Shown: positions 22,380 to 39,510, counted from the first letter of the stretch. The stretch is 64,000 bases of DNA from Malacoraja senta (GCA_038087875.1 CM075992.1:10790001-10854000), one strand, 5' to 3'. The notes: generated by a model not told the origin, from the sequence alone. Numbers and translations: made by a program.

Positions 22380-23857
22380 CAACGAAATCGCGGATGCATT
22401 GGTGATAATTTGTCAATGTTCTATAGATGCAGGATCAGTTCCTGTGGATTGGAGGGTAGCTAATGTTATCCCACTTTTTAAGAAAGGCGGGAGAGAAAAC
22501 ATGGAATTATAGACCAGTTAGCTGACATCGGTGGTGGGGGGAAGATGCTGGAGTCAATTATAAAATATGAAACAGCCGCACATTTGGATAGCAGTAACAG
22601 GATCGATCCGAGTCAGCATGGATTTACGAAGGGGAAATCATGCTTGACTGATCTCTGGAATTTTTTGAAGATGTAACTAGGAAAATGGACAAGGGAGAGC
22701 CAGTGGATGTAGTGTACCCGGACTTTCAGAAAGCATTTGATAAGGTCCCACACAGGAGATTAGTGGGCAAAATGAGGGCACATGGTATTGGGGTGGAGTG
22801 CTGACATGGATAGAAAATTGGTTGGCAGACAGGAAACAGAGAGTGGGGATTAACGGGTCCCTTTCAGAAGGACAGGCAGTGACTAGTGGGATACCGCAAG
22901 GCTCGGTACTTGGACCGCATCTATTTACAATATACATCAATGATTTGGATGAAGGATTGAAAGTAACATATCCACATTTTCAGATGACACAAAGCTGGGT
23001 GGCAGTGTGAAATGTGAAGAGGATGCTATGAGAATGCAGGGTGACTTGGACAGGTTGGGGGAGTGGGTGGTTTGCTTGGCAGATGACGTTTAATGTGGAG
23101 AAATGTGAGATTATCCACTTTCGTTGCAAAAACAGGAATGCAGATTACTATATAAATGGTGTCAAGTTGGGAAAAGAGGAAGTACAGCGGATCTGGGGTC
23201 TTTATTCATCAGTCTCTGAAAGTAAGCATGCAGGTACAGCAGGCAGTGAAGAAAGCGAATGGCATGTTGGCCTTTATAACAAGAGGAGTCGAGTATAGGA
23301 GCAAAGATGTCCTTTTGCGGTTGTACAGAGCCCCAGTGAGACCACACCTGGAGTTATTTTGTGCAGTTTTGGTCCCCTAATTTGAGGAAGGACATTCTTG
23401 CTATTGATGGAGTGCAGCGTAGGTTTACAAGGTTAATACCCGGGATGGCGGGACTGTCATATGCTGAGAGAACGAAGCAGCTGGGCTTGTACACTCTGGT
23501 TTAGAAGGATGAGAGGGTCATGTTCCCGATGTTGGGGGAGTCCAGAACCAGGGGCCACTGTTTAAGAATAAGGGTAAACCATATAGAACGGAGACGAGGA
23601 AACACTTTTTCTCACAGAGAGTTGTGAGTGTGTGGAATTCTCTGCCTCAGAGGGCGATGGAGACAGGTTCTCGACATACTTGCAAGAGAGAGTTGGATAG
23701 GGCTCTTAAAGATAGCGAAGTCATGGGATATGGGGGAAAGGCAGAAACGGGGTACTGATTGGGGATGATCAGCCATGATCACATTAAACGGCGGTGCTGG
23801 CTCGAAGGGTCGAATGGCCTACTCCTGCACCTATTGTCTATTGTCTATTGTCTATTG
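22380..23857 (+). mobile_element. 5'-truncated CR1 RT region with (CTATTGT)n tail
   Basis: [13 protein letters not shown] and [10 protein letters not shown] motifs, frameshifted; tail at about 23831-23857. Confidence 0.9.
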
Positions 23858-25201
23858 AAATGCCGACAGTCGTAACATGAATGAATGGAAGTCGTTTTTG
23901 AAATCCCATAGTTTGTAAGGGGTTGCGCGGTCAATGCAGGGAAATTGGTTGATAGGTAGAGATAGATCAGCGGAGTAGACTTGATGGGCCGTACGCACGC
24001 AGTGCATCATGTGCCACAGCGGACTGATGACTGACTGCTCACGGATCCATGGACTCAGAGCGCACTGCTTATTTTCTCACTTGCTAAATGTAAAGCACTC
24101 GGTCTGCAGTGACATGAGAGAGAAAAGGTGATCAAGAAATGTCCCTCAAAATCGAGCCCTTCTGCCCATTGTGTCAATGATAATCAATTTACAATATTTT
24201 CAATTTTCTGCACTTGACTCGTTGCTTTAAACACTTCGGTGTCAGCGGCCGTCTAACGGAGATACCACGCGCCGCTGGCTTCAATCTTTTTAATGGAGGG
24301 GGTTGAGAGAACACTGGAAATTACCTGTACCCCGGTGTTATTAGAACAAAATATTTCCCAATTGCAGTGGGACTGTTTGTAAAGCGCATGGTGTTGAGTG
24401 AGGGCGAAGGTGGTTAGACTGTTGCACACGGCGCATGGAAAGCTTGCATTCATTAGATAGGTAAATTCATCATATTTGGTTCAATCACAGCTGGGGTGCT
24501 GTGTTCGGTCCGGCTCGCCACACTGCTGGATTACGAATGGAGCAGATGATCTAAAGTAGATTTGCCAATTTCTCCTCTGCAACTGATCATGTCAGATATG
24601 GGAAGAGGCCGGATGGGCTGCACTTATTTTTGTTTTTGCCGTAGAAGTCAAGAGGGAATTGGTAGAAGTGAGGAACATAAGACGTATAATTACACCTTGA
24701 GAGGTGTGTGCGAAAGAGGGGTTTGAGATAAGATCAATGCAGGTGGCAAATCATTGTCGGCTTGTAAATGGTGAGCCATATGGCTGGCCACAAGTGTGCA
24801 CTCCAGCTTCATGGCTCTTTCTGACAGTTTCTTTGTTTGAAACACACTGGCAATACATCTGGAAGGTACGAAAAAAGCGGAAAAACACCGAAAAGGAATG
24901 CACAGATTTGGATTCAAGCCATTTGTAATTACGATGTACGTTATGTTCTATTCTCTGCATGGTATTATAGGGAAAAGTTCTGATATTCTTGTAGAACGTC
25001 TAATTTATTAGGAAAGACTATCGTTAACATTGATACTGTGGGGATGGAGTCGTGTCTCGAACTTTGACACGCGGGCTCTTACAACGTCTGCCGTCGGTGT
25101 GAGGGGCTAATCTCGGAGTGGAGCCCAAGCACACGTATTTATTGCTGACCAGTTCGTGGCCGCTAGGTAAATCATGCTGGCAACTGATCGGTCTTCCCGT
25201 G

Positions 25202-25327
25202 CCAATGAGGAATAGTCAGACTGACTGGCGACTCCTGGAACAAATCGACTACAACGCCACGTCACCCCAACACCATTATCACGCCATGCCCGCCAACACA
25301 AGACAGTCTCCATCAGTGTATATATAG
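25202..25327 (+). promoter_or_regulatory. Putative promoter of the beta-defensin gene (CCAAT box and TATA box)
   Basis: CCAAT at 25202; TATATATAG at 25319-25327, about 65-70 nt before the ATG; conserved in the paralogue. Confidence 0.6.
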
Positions 25328-25389
25328 AGCAAATCTCCGATCAGATTCAATATCTCCTCGCATTCAGTGATACTGAAAGGGAAGCGAAG

Positions 25390-25468
25390 ATGAGAAACGT
25401 GCTCCTGCTCCTGTTTGGAATATTGCTCTTGGCACATCCCTTCGTAGAAGGAATGGACGAAGTCAGGG
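25390..25468 (+). CDS. Beta-defensin exon 1: signal peptide and short pro-piece, MRNVLLLLFGILLLAHPFVEGMDEVR
   Basis: ATG with A at -3 (AAGATG), basic-hydrophobic-small signal pattern ending V-E-G, phase-1 donor G|GTGAGG at 25468/25469. Confidence 0.88.
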
Positions 25469-26849
25469 GTGAGGAAACATGTGTGTGTACACATACTCGG
25501 GATCGCTCATCGATAGTATTGGGAGAGTGTTGATTTAAAGTAGCCCCCTTCTCGTTAGGCATTGTTATTTTAAACGTTGGTTAGGTGTTAAGTCGGTTTG
25601 TCAGTTCTGCCAATCCGAATTAACACCGCTCCAACTTGAATAGAAGGATGTCAAATCGCGATGCTGTGATGCATTCCCAGCTGTGAGTATGGTTTGCCTC
25701 GCACGAACCGTCCATAAAGCCAGTTCATAGTCTAGAAGACAGAAATAACTTACTAATTTAATTGTTCTGTCGCATCTTTACTTCATTGCTTTGTAGTGCA
25801 GCACATGAAACGAGCTTTAACGGCTTTACGGGCATGTATATCTGTTATACCTGTCACCCTGTGTAAATAGGGCAGATGTTAGGCGTTGCACTTCTTGAGT
25901 GGGCATCGATGGAGATAAAAAACAGTTAATGGCATGTACCTTAACAACGTCGATGTGCAGGGGAATCTTGGAGTCCCAGTTCATGGCTCACTGACGGCGG
26001 CTGCAAAATAACTTAGGATGGTAAAGAAGGCAGATGGTATGCTTGCCTCAATGCTCGGGGCATTCAGTATAACAGTCAAGACATCGTGATGAAGCTCGTA
26101 GGAGGTTGCTGATGCCGCATTTGGATTACTACGTATAGTTGAGGTCGTCCCAGTTCCGGAAATACGCGGGGGCTTGGCAGAGAGTTCTTCGGAGGTTTAG
26201 GAGAAGGCTGCCTGGATTAGTTCCTGTCAGCTACAGGGAGTCGTTGAACAGAGTTTAATACAGATGTACGGGTCAGGTTTATACTGAGAGAGCGGTGGCG
26301 ATTTGGACCAATGGCAGCAGTGGTAGTGGAGGCAGATACCAGATTGGAGTTTAATCGTCTTAAGGATGGTTAAAGAAGAGAGTGAGCACAGTAGATGGGC
26401 GTTACTCTGACTGCAGGTCTGTGACAAATGGTGTTCAGCAACACTGTTTTTGCGCCGTTCGGATGAGGGTCAACTCTAAAGTGTTCTCTTTTCCGTGTTC
26501 TACGTTTTAGTGATGATGTAATATCAGTATGAGGGTGTCCGTAGCCATAGCAGAGATAAATAAAGCCCGATTATGTAACTGGCTTCATACAGGCGCTCGG
26601 GATAGTCGGTTCGTGCTGAGCACCAGGAACCAATCATGAATTCTTACAGAAGTAACAGGCGCGAATTGATCAACGCAAGATTTTCTACACTTCAAGTCAG
26701 TGCGGATGGACAACGAGGACAAAATGTTTATTTTCGGGCCCCGGTCCCCCGTTCCTGTTGAGAAACACATTCTGAATATGGTTTCGAGGGCTGCTGCACA
26801 AACCTTTCCAGACCCACACTGCCCACCGTCGCAGTTGATCAATGATTAA

Positions 26850-27784
26850 GTCAAAGTCAAAGTCAAAGTATCCTTTATTTTCATTCAGACCTTTCCGTCT
26901 GAACGAAATTTTGTTGCCTAGCAGTCATACATATAATAAAATAACAAAACACACAATAAACACAAATTTAACATCCACAACAGTGAGTTCACCAGATACC
27001 TCCTCACTGTGATGGAAGATAAAAGTCTTAAAGTCTTTGTCTCTTCCCTCCTTGCTCTCCCTCTCCCCTGAGGCGAATCAGGCCTCCGATGTTGTGACCC
27101 CACCGGGTGATGATAAGTAAGTCCCGCGGCTCAACCTTGCTCCGCGAACGGGCCGGTTCAAACTCCGCGGCCCGGGGTGGTCGAAGCTGCCACCCTCCAT
27201 TCAGCGGACGAAGCTGTTGTTGCGGGAGCTCCGGTTAAAAAACAGGTCACCAACTTATGACCTGCGAGCTCCCGACGATGTCGTCCACTGGTTCGCGGCC
27301 AAACCTGCGAGGTCGGGTCGCCGCCGAACGCCGGAACGCTCCGTGTCGGACTGCCGCCGCCTCAGCCCCGAGTCGGACCGCCGCCGGAACGCCGCCTCGG
27401 ATGCGAGTCGGACCGCCGCCGCCTCAGCCCCGAATCGGACCGCCGCCGCAGGAAGGCCGCCTCAGCCCCGAAGTCGGCACGCCTCGCGCTGGTAAGTCCT
27501 GGCTGGTTCTGCCTCCGGAGCCTCGAGGTCGGTCCCAGTTGGAGGTCGCCAGCTCCGCCATTAGGCCTCAGCGCAGACGGGGACGGAGAAGGGGGATACG
27601 ACACGAAGAGTCGCACCCCCCCCCCCTCCGCCGAAGGAAGAGACTAAAACAAGTTTCTCCACACATACACAAACTAAGAACTCAAATTAACTAACTAAAC
27701 CAGGACAAGAAAACAACAACAAAAAAGAAAGAACAGACGGACTGCAGGCGAGCCGCAGCTGCTAAGGCAGCGCCGCCACTTCCG
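26850..27784 (-). mobile_element. Non-autonomous retroposon in the defensin intron
   Basis: Minus-strand AATAAA plus (TTTGAC)n tail, GC-rich 5' end, GATTAA duplicated at 26844 and 27785; the paralogous intron piece near 59960 has the empty site. Confidence 0.75.
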
Positions 27785-27994
27785 GATTAATTAGAAATAA
27801 CGCTGGTTTGAGGGCATTTTGTCTTGAAACGGGGCAAAATTGTTTCGACGTGGAAAGTGAACAATTTACTGAATTTCGAACATTCTCTGCAATGGTATGG
27901 CGTCATTGACAGAAAGGAAGTGATGAAGTGGCCAAATGTGCAAATGACAAAAGAACCACAATATATTATAAACGTGTGTATGGAATTGTTCACA

Positions 27995-30243
<2,249 letters not shown>

Positions 30244-31040
30244 TCTTCATTTTCGACGAACGCCTGGGAGCATAAAACGGACTTAATGGAGATAGTGTAT
30301 CCGATTCGAAGTTCTGTGACCTGTCCCAACGTATTTCTTCCTGCTTTGGGGCTGTTCAAAATTAATCTAACCATGAACATATGAGCTCTCAGAACATTGG
30401 AACCATACATTCAAACCTTCATACTCAGACCTGAAAAGTGAAGACCATTGTACATTCACTTTTCCTAATGACTACGTGGCCTGTGTAGTGAAGCCTATGC
30501 CTGATGTTGCGGCTGCCCTTTGGAACACCATGCGACGCTACTCAAAGATCACTTCTCCCCACATTCCACTCTGACCACTGACATCCTGCTGACGATGTGC
30601 AACACTCTGTTGCCGCGTGCAAAAGATGAGCTCTCCCATATAATTCTAAATTATCAGCAGAGTTTTACACGCATTGCAAATCGATGACGCCTCAGTACTT
30701 GACCTCATCCTGATCTATGACTACATGTTGCCAACCAGATTTGACAGGTATGTCTCCAAATGATCCTCTCTCTAGGTTCGATCATTCCCTGTTAAAGTCT
30801 ATCTGTCAACCAGCAACACCACATTGCTTTCTGCAGCCTTCCGTTCCTTCGGGCTTTACGAAATGCAGACATTCTACAATTAATGGAATGTAAGGTGAGG
30901 TAAAGGCTGTTCGTTATCGGGGTTCCTGTCGATTGAAAGTGCACAAAATACGTTAATGAAAGCTTGGCTCGCTATTCCCTGTAAATGTAAATATAATTGT
31001 CCACTGGCCGATTATTTAGCTTTTATTTTGTGTCACACAG

Positions 31041-31153
31041 CACGGTGCAGAGGTATGAACGGAAATTGTTTGAAGAATTGCGGAGGAGGCTTGGTGCAGG
31101 TTGGAACTTGCTTAGGCGCGTTTAAATGCTGCGGTTCACCTTCAGTGAAATGA
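31041..31153 (+). CDS. Beta-defensin exon 2: mature six-cysteine domain, (A)RCRGMNGNCLKNCGGGLVQVGTCLGAFKCCGSPSVK*
   Basis: Acceptor TTTTATTTTGTGTCACACAG| at 31040; joins exon 1 in frame (G+CA = Ala; 192 nt total, 63 aa); C-x6-C-x3-C-x9-C-x5-CC with two GxC motifs. Confidence 0.92.
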
Positions 31154-31221
31154 ATTACTTGTCCGGGAGTTCAACTTCATTCGGGTCATTTATCACCTTA
31201 TCTCGCAAGACCTAGAGTTTG

Positions 31222-31240
31222 ATTAAACTGTATGAATAAA
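31222..31240 (+). terminator. Polyadenylation signals of the defensin gene
   Basis: ATTAAA at 31222 and AATAAA at 31235, about 70-85 nt after the stop; both are AATAAA in the paralogue. Confidence 0.7.
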
Positions 31241-31939
31241 TAATAGTTGCATGACCACATCGTCATTTCTCATTGCTTCTGTTTTGCAATGAACTGCGTG
31301 AAATAAAGGTTTGTTAGGAGAGAACTGAGCATTGGGAACAAAAGTCAATTTTTGGACGTTGGACATCAATGACTGTGAACCACGGATTGTGCTCCACTCT
31401 CCGGAATCCAACTAGGAAATCTCTAAAATGGGTGGCACCGATACAGATATGATAAGGATTGACCATCATAGAAAAAGCGACAAGAATAGTTCATTTGTGG
31501 ATAGGCACGAAATACTGGATTAACTCAACGGAACAGGCAGCATCTCTGCAGAAAATGATTTGGTGATGTTTCGGTTCAAGAACCTTCTTCCTCAGTCTGA
31601 AATGATGTCTGTCCCACTAACTCCAGCATTTTGTGTCTATCTTCGGTTTAAACCAGCATATGCAGTACCTTCCTACATAGTTCATTTGTATACTGGCCGG
31701 TTCACACGCATACACACCACATAGCTGGAGCCAAAGGGCGTCAATGTCTTGTTGGAACACTTCTTACACACCACCCAAACGCAGTCCTGGGTCCGCGTTT
31801 CAGAATATGTTATTATCACAGATAATGCGTTCCTTTTGAAGCTGCGGTTAGAATATTCATCCTCAGGTTTGGTCAATAACCGAAGCTAACAGATCCGCCC
31901 AACTGCGTCTGCATTAGTAAACGCAGAAACATTGAAACT

Positions 31940-34900
31940 AAGAAACCTTGAAAAAAGGTGCAGGTGGAGGCCATTTGGACCTTCGAGCCATTCACTGTGA
32001 TCATGGCTGATCATCCACAATCAGTAACCCGTGCCTGCATTCTCCCCATATCCCTTGATTCCGCTAGCCCATGGAGCTCCATCTAACTATATTTTAAATT
32101 AATCCAGTGAATTGACCTCGTGCCTTCTGTGGCAGCGAATTCCACAAATGCACGACTCCCTGGATGAAAAACATTTTTTCTCATCTCAGTTGGGCTCCCC
32201 TTTATTCTTGGACTGTGCCCCACAGGTTCTGGACTTCTCAAAGATTGGGTACATTTTCCTACATCTAGCTTGTCCAGGCCTTTATAATTGTATTCGTTTC
32301 TGTAAGATCCCCTCTCATCTTTCTAAATTCCAATGAATACAAGCCCAGTCTTTCCAATCTTTCAGAATATGACAGTCCAGCTATCCTGGGGATTAACCTC
32401 GTGATCCAACGCTGAACTGCCTGAATAGCAAGAATGTCCTTCCTCAAAGTGGCAGACCACAACTGTACTCAATACTCCAGATGTAGTCTCACCGGGGCTC
32501 AGTACAACTGCAGAAGGACGTCTTTACTCCGATACTCATCCTCTCTTGATATGAAGGCCTGTATACCATTAGCTTTCATCACTGCTTGTTTTACCTGCAT
32601 GCATATTTTCAGTGCCTGGTGTACAAGGGCGCGCATATCTCGTTGCACTTCCCTTTTATCACATCGGACACCATTGATGTAATAAACTGCCTCCTTGTTC
32701 TTGCCGCTAAAGTGGATATCCTCACATTTATCTATATTATACTGCATCTACCATGCACCTGCCCACGCACTCGACATGTCAAGTCACCCTGCAACATCCC
32801 AGCATCCACTTCACAGTTCACACTGCCACCAGCTTTGTTTTACCCGCAAATTTACCCGCGTTACTTTTAATTCCATCATCTAAATCCTTAATATATGTTG
32901 TAAATAGTTGCGGCTCCAACACGAGCCTTGCGGCCGTCCAGTCGCCACTGCCTGTAATTCACCCAGTGAGCCGTTTACTCCTACTCTCTGTTTCGTGACT
33001 GCCAACCAATTCTATATCCATGTCAATCCCCCACCCCCAATACCATATGCTCAAATGTTGCCATTAATCTCGTGTGTGAGACAAAGTCAAAGTCTTTCTG
33101 AAACTCCAGACACACTACATACGCTGGCTCCCCTTCGTCCATTTTACTAGTCACATCCTCAAAAAATTCCAGAAGATTAGCCAAGCAGGATTTCCTTTCA
33201 TAAATCCATGCTGGCTTGAACCAATACTCTTACTGCTATCCAGAATGCGCCGTTATTACTAATTTAATAATAGACTCTGGCATCTTCCCCACCACGATGT
33301 CAGGCAAACTGGTCTATAATTCCCCGCTTTCTCTCTCGCTCCTTTGTTGCAAAGTGGGATAACATTAGTTACAACCACAGGAACTAATCCTGAATCTACA
33401 GAACATTGGAAAATGATCACGTATGCGGCCACGATTTCTAGAGCCACCTCTTTGAGTACCCTGGGATGCAGACCATCAGGCCTTGGGGAATTATCACCCT
33501 TCAGTCGCATCAGTCTGCACAATACAATTTCTCGCCTAATTCAAATATCTTTCAGTTCTTCTGTCTCGCAAGATCCTCTGTCCTCTGGTTTATCTGGGAA
33601 ATTGGTTTTGTCTTCATTTAGGAAGACATAAACAAAATACCTGTTCAACATTACATTTATTTGTTCACCATAATAATTTCTCTGGTTTACGCCTTCAAGG
33701 GACCCACATTTGTCTTTACTAATGTTTTATTTCGTAACATACCGAAATAATTTTTTACTATCCTTCTTTATACTCTTGGCCAGCTTACTCTCGTACTTCA
33801 TCTTTTCACCCGTATTGCCCTTTTTGTTACCTTCTGTTGTCCTTTGAATGTTACCCAATTCTCTCTACTCTTTCCTATGTAATACCTCTTTTCTTTTAGT
33901 TTGATTCCATCCCAAACTCCCATTGTTAACCCGGTTGCCCCTTAGTCACCTTAGAATATTTCTTCCTCGTTAGAATGAAATCATCGTGCATCTTCTGGAT
34001 TATGCCAACAAATTCCAATGCTGTTCCACCGTCATTCCTGCTGGGATCTTTTTTCCGTCGACTTTGGACAACTCCTCTCTCATGCCTCCCTAGTCCCATC
34101 TGTTCAACTGCCACACTGATACTTCTGAATTAACCTTCAAATTGCAAATTAAAACTTATATTATGGTCACTACCTCCAAGCGGTTCCTTTACCTTGAGTT
34201 CCTTATTAATTCGAGTTAATGGACAATACTAAAACCATGAATTGCCTTCTCGCTGGTAGGCTCCAGAGCAAACTGCTCCACGAATCCATCTCGGAGGCAC
34301 ACGAGAAACTCCCTATCCTGTGCTCCAGATCCAACCTGATTTGCCCAGTCTAGTTACATATTTAACTCTCCCATAAACACAATGGTTTTACTTTGTTACC
34401 AGCCAATTTTTACTCCTGCTGCAACTTACACGCTATATCCAGTCTACTGTATGGGGACATGTAGATAACTCCAATTAGTGTCTTCTTAAATTTACAATAC
34501 CTCAATTCTATCCACAGCGACTACATCGTCGTACCTGTCATACCTCACAAGGAACTGAATTTCATCCTTCACCAACAAAGCTATCCATCTCCTCTGCCCA
34601 TCTGCCTGTCCTTTTTATAGGCGTATAATCCTGAATAATCAGTTGACAGTCCCGATCCTTCTGCAGCCATGTCTCGGTAATCCCGACAATATCACATCTG
34701 CCAATCTCTAACTGAGCATTAAACTGAACCACTTTACTTCTGAGACTTCGCGCATTCATGTATAATACGTTTAATCAATAACGCACCTCACTTTTCACCT
34801 CTATTGCTATTTCACTTGCCTATACTCTCCTATCCATTCGTGAGCTTTCTGTCCCGTTAATTCTGGTGTATTTCTTAACATTTCCTATACTCTCTTTCCC

Positions 34901-36350
34901 TTTAACTCCATCCTTGTCTTTCCAATTTCTCCCCCACTATTTAGTTTAAATCCACTAGGGTACCAGTGGCAATCCTGCCTGCCAGAATGCTGCCCCCGCC
35001 TGTTAACGTGCAACCCGCCCCTTTTGTACAATTCACCATTACTCCAAAACAGATCCAGTGATATAAGAATCTAAGAATCATTGATCTCCTGCGTTGCACC
35101 TGCTTCCCATCCACACATTTTGATCCCTTAACTCTCTGTTCCTGCCCTCACCAGCACGAGAAACTAGAAGCAAACCCGAGATAACCACCTTGCAGATCCT
35201 GCATTTCAGACTTCTTCTGAACTCTCCAAAGTCACGCTGCAGAATCTCTTTCCATTTCTTCCCGAAGGCTTGGGAGTATAGATACGTTTTTTTTAGTCTT
35301 GACTTAAAGGAGTCGATGGAGGGGGCAGATCTGATGGGAAGAGGGATGCTGTTCCACAGTCTAGGAGCTGCAACCGCAAAGGCACGGCCGCCCCTGAGCT
35401 TATGCCTAGACCGTGGGATATTCAGCAACCCCAAGTCGGCCGATCTGAGGGACCTGGAGGTGGAGTGGTGGGTGAGAAGACTTTTAATGTAGGTGGGGGC
35501 AAGCCCATTGAGGGCTTTGTAGACAGAGAGGAGGATCTTGAAATGTATACGGAACCGCACAGGGAGCCAGTGGAGAGAGGCCAGGATCGGGGTGAGGTGG
35601 TCCCTTGTTCGCGTCCCCGTCAGGAGTCTCGCTGCGGCGTTTTGGACCAGTTGCAGGCGGGACAGAGAAGATTGGCTGATGCCAGTGTAAAGGGAGTTGC
35701 GGTAATCTAGGCAGGTGGAGATAAATGTGTGGATGATCCTTTCGAGGTCAGGTGGAGATAAATGTGTGGGTGATCCTTTCGAGGTCATCAAAGTGGAGGA
35801 ATTGTCAGAAACCCATTGCAATACCCCTCACTGTACCTTACTACCACGGCTCTGTCTGACGTCAGTCTCTTCGGTCTTGCTTCAGCGCCGAGTTTTGACA
35901 CACAGACCTGTCCGCCGCTCAGACTGGCAGTTTCTTCTGTCCCGACTGCTTCCAAGAGGGTGAACTGCTTTCAAGGGGTATATCCCCGGCGTCTCCGGGC
36001 CTTCAAGCTTCCTTCTCTTCCTCAACGTCACGCAACGATCTCGCTGGAGGTCATGGGCAGGAATTCCTCGTTTACCCGGATGAAACTGAGATCATCCAGT
36101 AGCCTCTCCAGTACCCAGCACGGTCATTCAGGAGCTGAACCTGGACACACTTGCCACATTTGTCGCCGGCAGAGGCACCATCAGTGACCCTGACCTCCCA
36201 CATCCTGCAATCAACAAACTGAATCAGCTTATCTGTCATTTCTTCACTGCATCTCACCCTCTCCAACTTTTGGCGTAGGCTCCTTACCGAAGACTCGCGA
36301 CCCAAAGATTCGCGAGCCGAAGACTTGCTAGGCACACACTCGCGAGTCAA
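31940..36350 (-). mobile_element. Degenerate near-full-length CR1
   Basis: Minus-strand RT (MQYNIDKCE, PDGLHPRVLKE), endonuclease and ORF1 (CRMWEV...KCGKC) remnants. Confidence 0.88.
35264..35815 (-). mobile_element. L2-clade LINE 3' ORF2 fragment nested in the CR1
   Basis: LDYRNSLY, LQLVQNAAARLL, LHWLPV and APRLWNSIP motifs typical of L2. Confidence 0.9.
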
Positions 36351-36809
36351 TGAATCGAAACCCTAGAAAATGAAATAAATTTTCCCCCAACCACCCCCCC
36401 CTCAACCCCCCACATAAAACAATTCAGGGAACACTAAAACATACTTCAGACACCCTGCGACCCTGTCGTTCTCCAGCCCCGTAAATACCCCGTTCATTGT
36501 TAACAGTACGAACAGCATACAGTACGTGCCATTTTAAAAACTCACATCTCCTGCTCTCTGCAATAGCATTTGGATCACGAATGTATTTACAGAGCGAAGC
36601 ATCTTGCGCGAATCCTTGTATCATTCCACTGGCCACTGGATCCAAATCACTAATGCAACACTTCCCATGTAAAATAAATATTTCCCCTGGAAACTGCATC
36701 TTGAAGCTTTGGCTCCGGAGGATACGGAGAAAAAGAATGAGGAGTGAGGAGCTGACCTGTCAGGCCCAGAGCAGCAGCAAGCAGGAAGTATTAAGAAGGT
36801 TTGTTCGAT

Positions 36810-39510
36810 ACACAATGGAGATTTGCAGGATCAGGTGATGTGCTGCAGCTGCATAGATTTGGAACTGGTAGATCCTTTGGTGAATCCTTGTGACCACATT
36901 TAAACCAGATGTTGGTTGGTCTAAGAGCTCATACGGAAAGCTGACGATCTGGAATCTGAGCTTCAAACGTTGTGGCACGTCAGGTACTGGAGCAAACTGC
37001 AGGAACGCTGCGTTTCTGGAGCCAACTGCACCCGCTGGAGTACATGCTACCAATGTGGTCCGGGTCACGTGGAGTTTATTACTGCTCGTGAGGCAGGCTA
37101 TTGAAATAGAGGTAGGGCAGTGAGAGAAGTACCTTCGCCTTCAGCTGACTGACGCGTCTGAGAATCTTGATTCCATTACAGATCTATGGGGGCAGTGGGA
37201 ATCATCTGCAAACTGAACGTGGTTCTGGGGTCCATTCGAGAATGGAGCGGGAAGAAAATTGTTGTTGTCATTGGGGTAGTATAGTCAGGGCGTTGACTAT
37301 TCTCATGATAATCGAGAATCTCGAAGGCTGTGTTTCCTGTCTGTTGCCGGGGTTAGGCGAAGGAACTTGGAATATGAGGGGGAAAGCCCGGTCATCGTGA
37401 TTGATGTGGGTACCAGTGACATATCAAGAAGTAGGAAAGAGGTTCTGCTAAGGGAATTACAACATTCTGGGTTTAAATTGAGCATTAAAGGATAATAATC
37501 TCTGGATTGCTACCTGAACCACGTGCAATTTAGCATAGGGTTGGGAAGATTAAAGCGTTGAACCCAAATATTGGCGTGGATAAGTGGGTTTGAATTTGTG
37601 GATCATTGGCTCCAGTTTTGGGGACGCATGAGCTGTACGGACGGGACGGACTAGACTTCAACCCAGCTGGGATCAGAGACCTGGCAAACTGTGTTGCCAG
37701 TGCGGTATGTGACACATTACGCGTGCCTGTGTGTGTGGATGGGGCAGGGAGGGTAAATAAATTGATTTATATGGGGGGCAGTTACAGGAACATCAATTGT
37801 TAGAGAGGTTGCAATAGTCTCCAGAAGTAATAGGGATAAGAGAGGGAAATGGTCAGGTAAAACGATAGGTATACACAAACAGCTGGAGTTAATGATTTCA
37901 AGTTTGAAGATTTCTAGATCATCTTATTGTATTACCAATTAAGGTACACTGACATTTGAGTTACCATACAGCCATACTAAGTGAAAAGCATCAAGGCACA
38001 CAGCCACATGAAAGTTAACAAGACCATCCACCACAGTGTATTCACATTCCTCACTGTGATGGAAGGCAATAAAGGAAAGAGGTCCTGCTAAGGTAATTAT
38101 AACAGCTTGGGGTTAAATTGAACATTAAAAGATAACAAATCTAGATTGCTACTTGAACCATGTGCAATTTTGCATAGGGTTGAGAAGATTAAAGAGTTTA
38201 ACCCAAAGATTGGTGTGGATAAGTGGGTTTGAATTTGTGGGACATCGGCTCCAGTTTGGGGACGCACGAGTTGTACCGATGGGACGGACGAGACTTCAAC
38301 CCAGCTTGGACCAGAGTCCTTGCAAACCGTTTTACTGGGGCGGTACGTGACATTAAGTGAAGGTAGGCAAAAATGCTGGAGAAACTCAGCGGGTGCGGCA
38401 TCATCTATGGAGTGAAGGAAATAGGCAACATTTCGGGTCGAATCCCTTCTTCAGCAGAGTCTGACACATTAAGCGTGCGTCTCTGTGTGTGGGAGGGGCA
38501 GGGAGGGTACATAAATTGAATTGTATGGGTGTAGTTACAGGAAGATCAAGTGCAAGAGAGGTTGCAATAATCTCCAGAAGTAATAGGCCATAATATAAGG
38601 GATAAAAGAGGGAAAGGTCAGGTAAAACCACAGATAGACAAAAACAGCTGGAGTAAGAGATTTGAAGATTGAAGATTTCAAGATCAATTTATTGTATGTA
38701 CCAATTAAGGTACAGTAAAAATTTGAGTTACATACTAAGTGAAAAGCAACAAGACACAGAGCCACACAAAAGTGAACATGAAAATCTACCACAGAAGATT
38801 CCACATTCCTCACTGTGATGGAAGACAATAAAGTTCAATCATCTTCCCCTTTGTTCTCCCACTATCAATTATGACCTTATGATAATGTATTAGAGGATGT
38901 GGAGTCATTGTGGGGGAAAATGAGAAACTATAATACCCCGATTGGAGTTATTTACAGCTCCCTAAAAGTAGCCAGGTACATTAAAACATAGAAACATAGA
39001 AAATAAGTGCAAGAGTATGCAATTCGGCCATTCGAGCCAGCACCATCATGCAATATAATCAAAGCTGATCATCCAGAATCAGTGCCCTGTTCCTGCTGTT
39101 TCCCTATATCCCTGGTTCCGTTAAGTCCTAAGAGATATATCCAACTCTCTCTTGAACATATCCAGTGAATTGGCCTCCACTGCTTTCTGTGGCAGAGAAT
39201 GCCACAAATTCACAATTCTCTGGGTGAATTGGATACAGGTTTCATGAGGCGATATAATCGGCATATAAGAAAACCAATATTGCGGTGGATATGGGGGGTT
39301 TCAATGTGCAAACAGTCTACAAAAATCTGGTTGTTGCCGGACAGCTAGAGAGGGAATTTGTAGAGTTCCTCCAAGATGATTTCTTATAGTAGTTTATACT
39401 GGAGCCTACCAGGAAAATGGCAATTCTGGATGTAGTGTTGTGAAATGAAACGGATTTAATAAAGGAGCTCAGGGTAATGGAAGCACTAGGAGCTAGCGAA
39501 CATAATATCA
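36810..39510 (+). mobile_element. Old CR1 ORF1/endonuclease relic with an internal tandem duplication of about 650 bp and SINE insertions
   Basis: QVMCCSC, VGTSDI and ISGLLPEP remnants; 37433-38070 is repeated at 38073-38830. Confidence 0.7.

Noticed and set aside
30956..31040. Single-exon start MKAWLAIPCKCK... for the defensin ORF
   Set aside because: No signal peptide; the segment contains the polypyrimidine tract and AG acceptor, so it is read-through intron.
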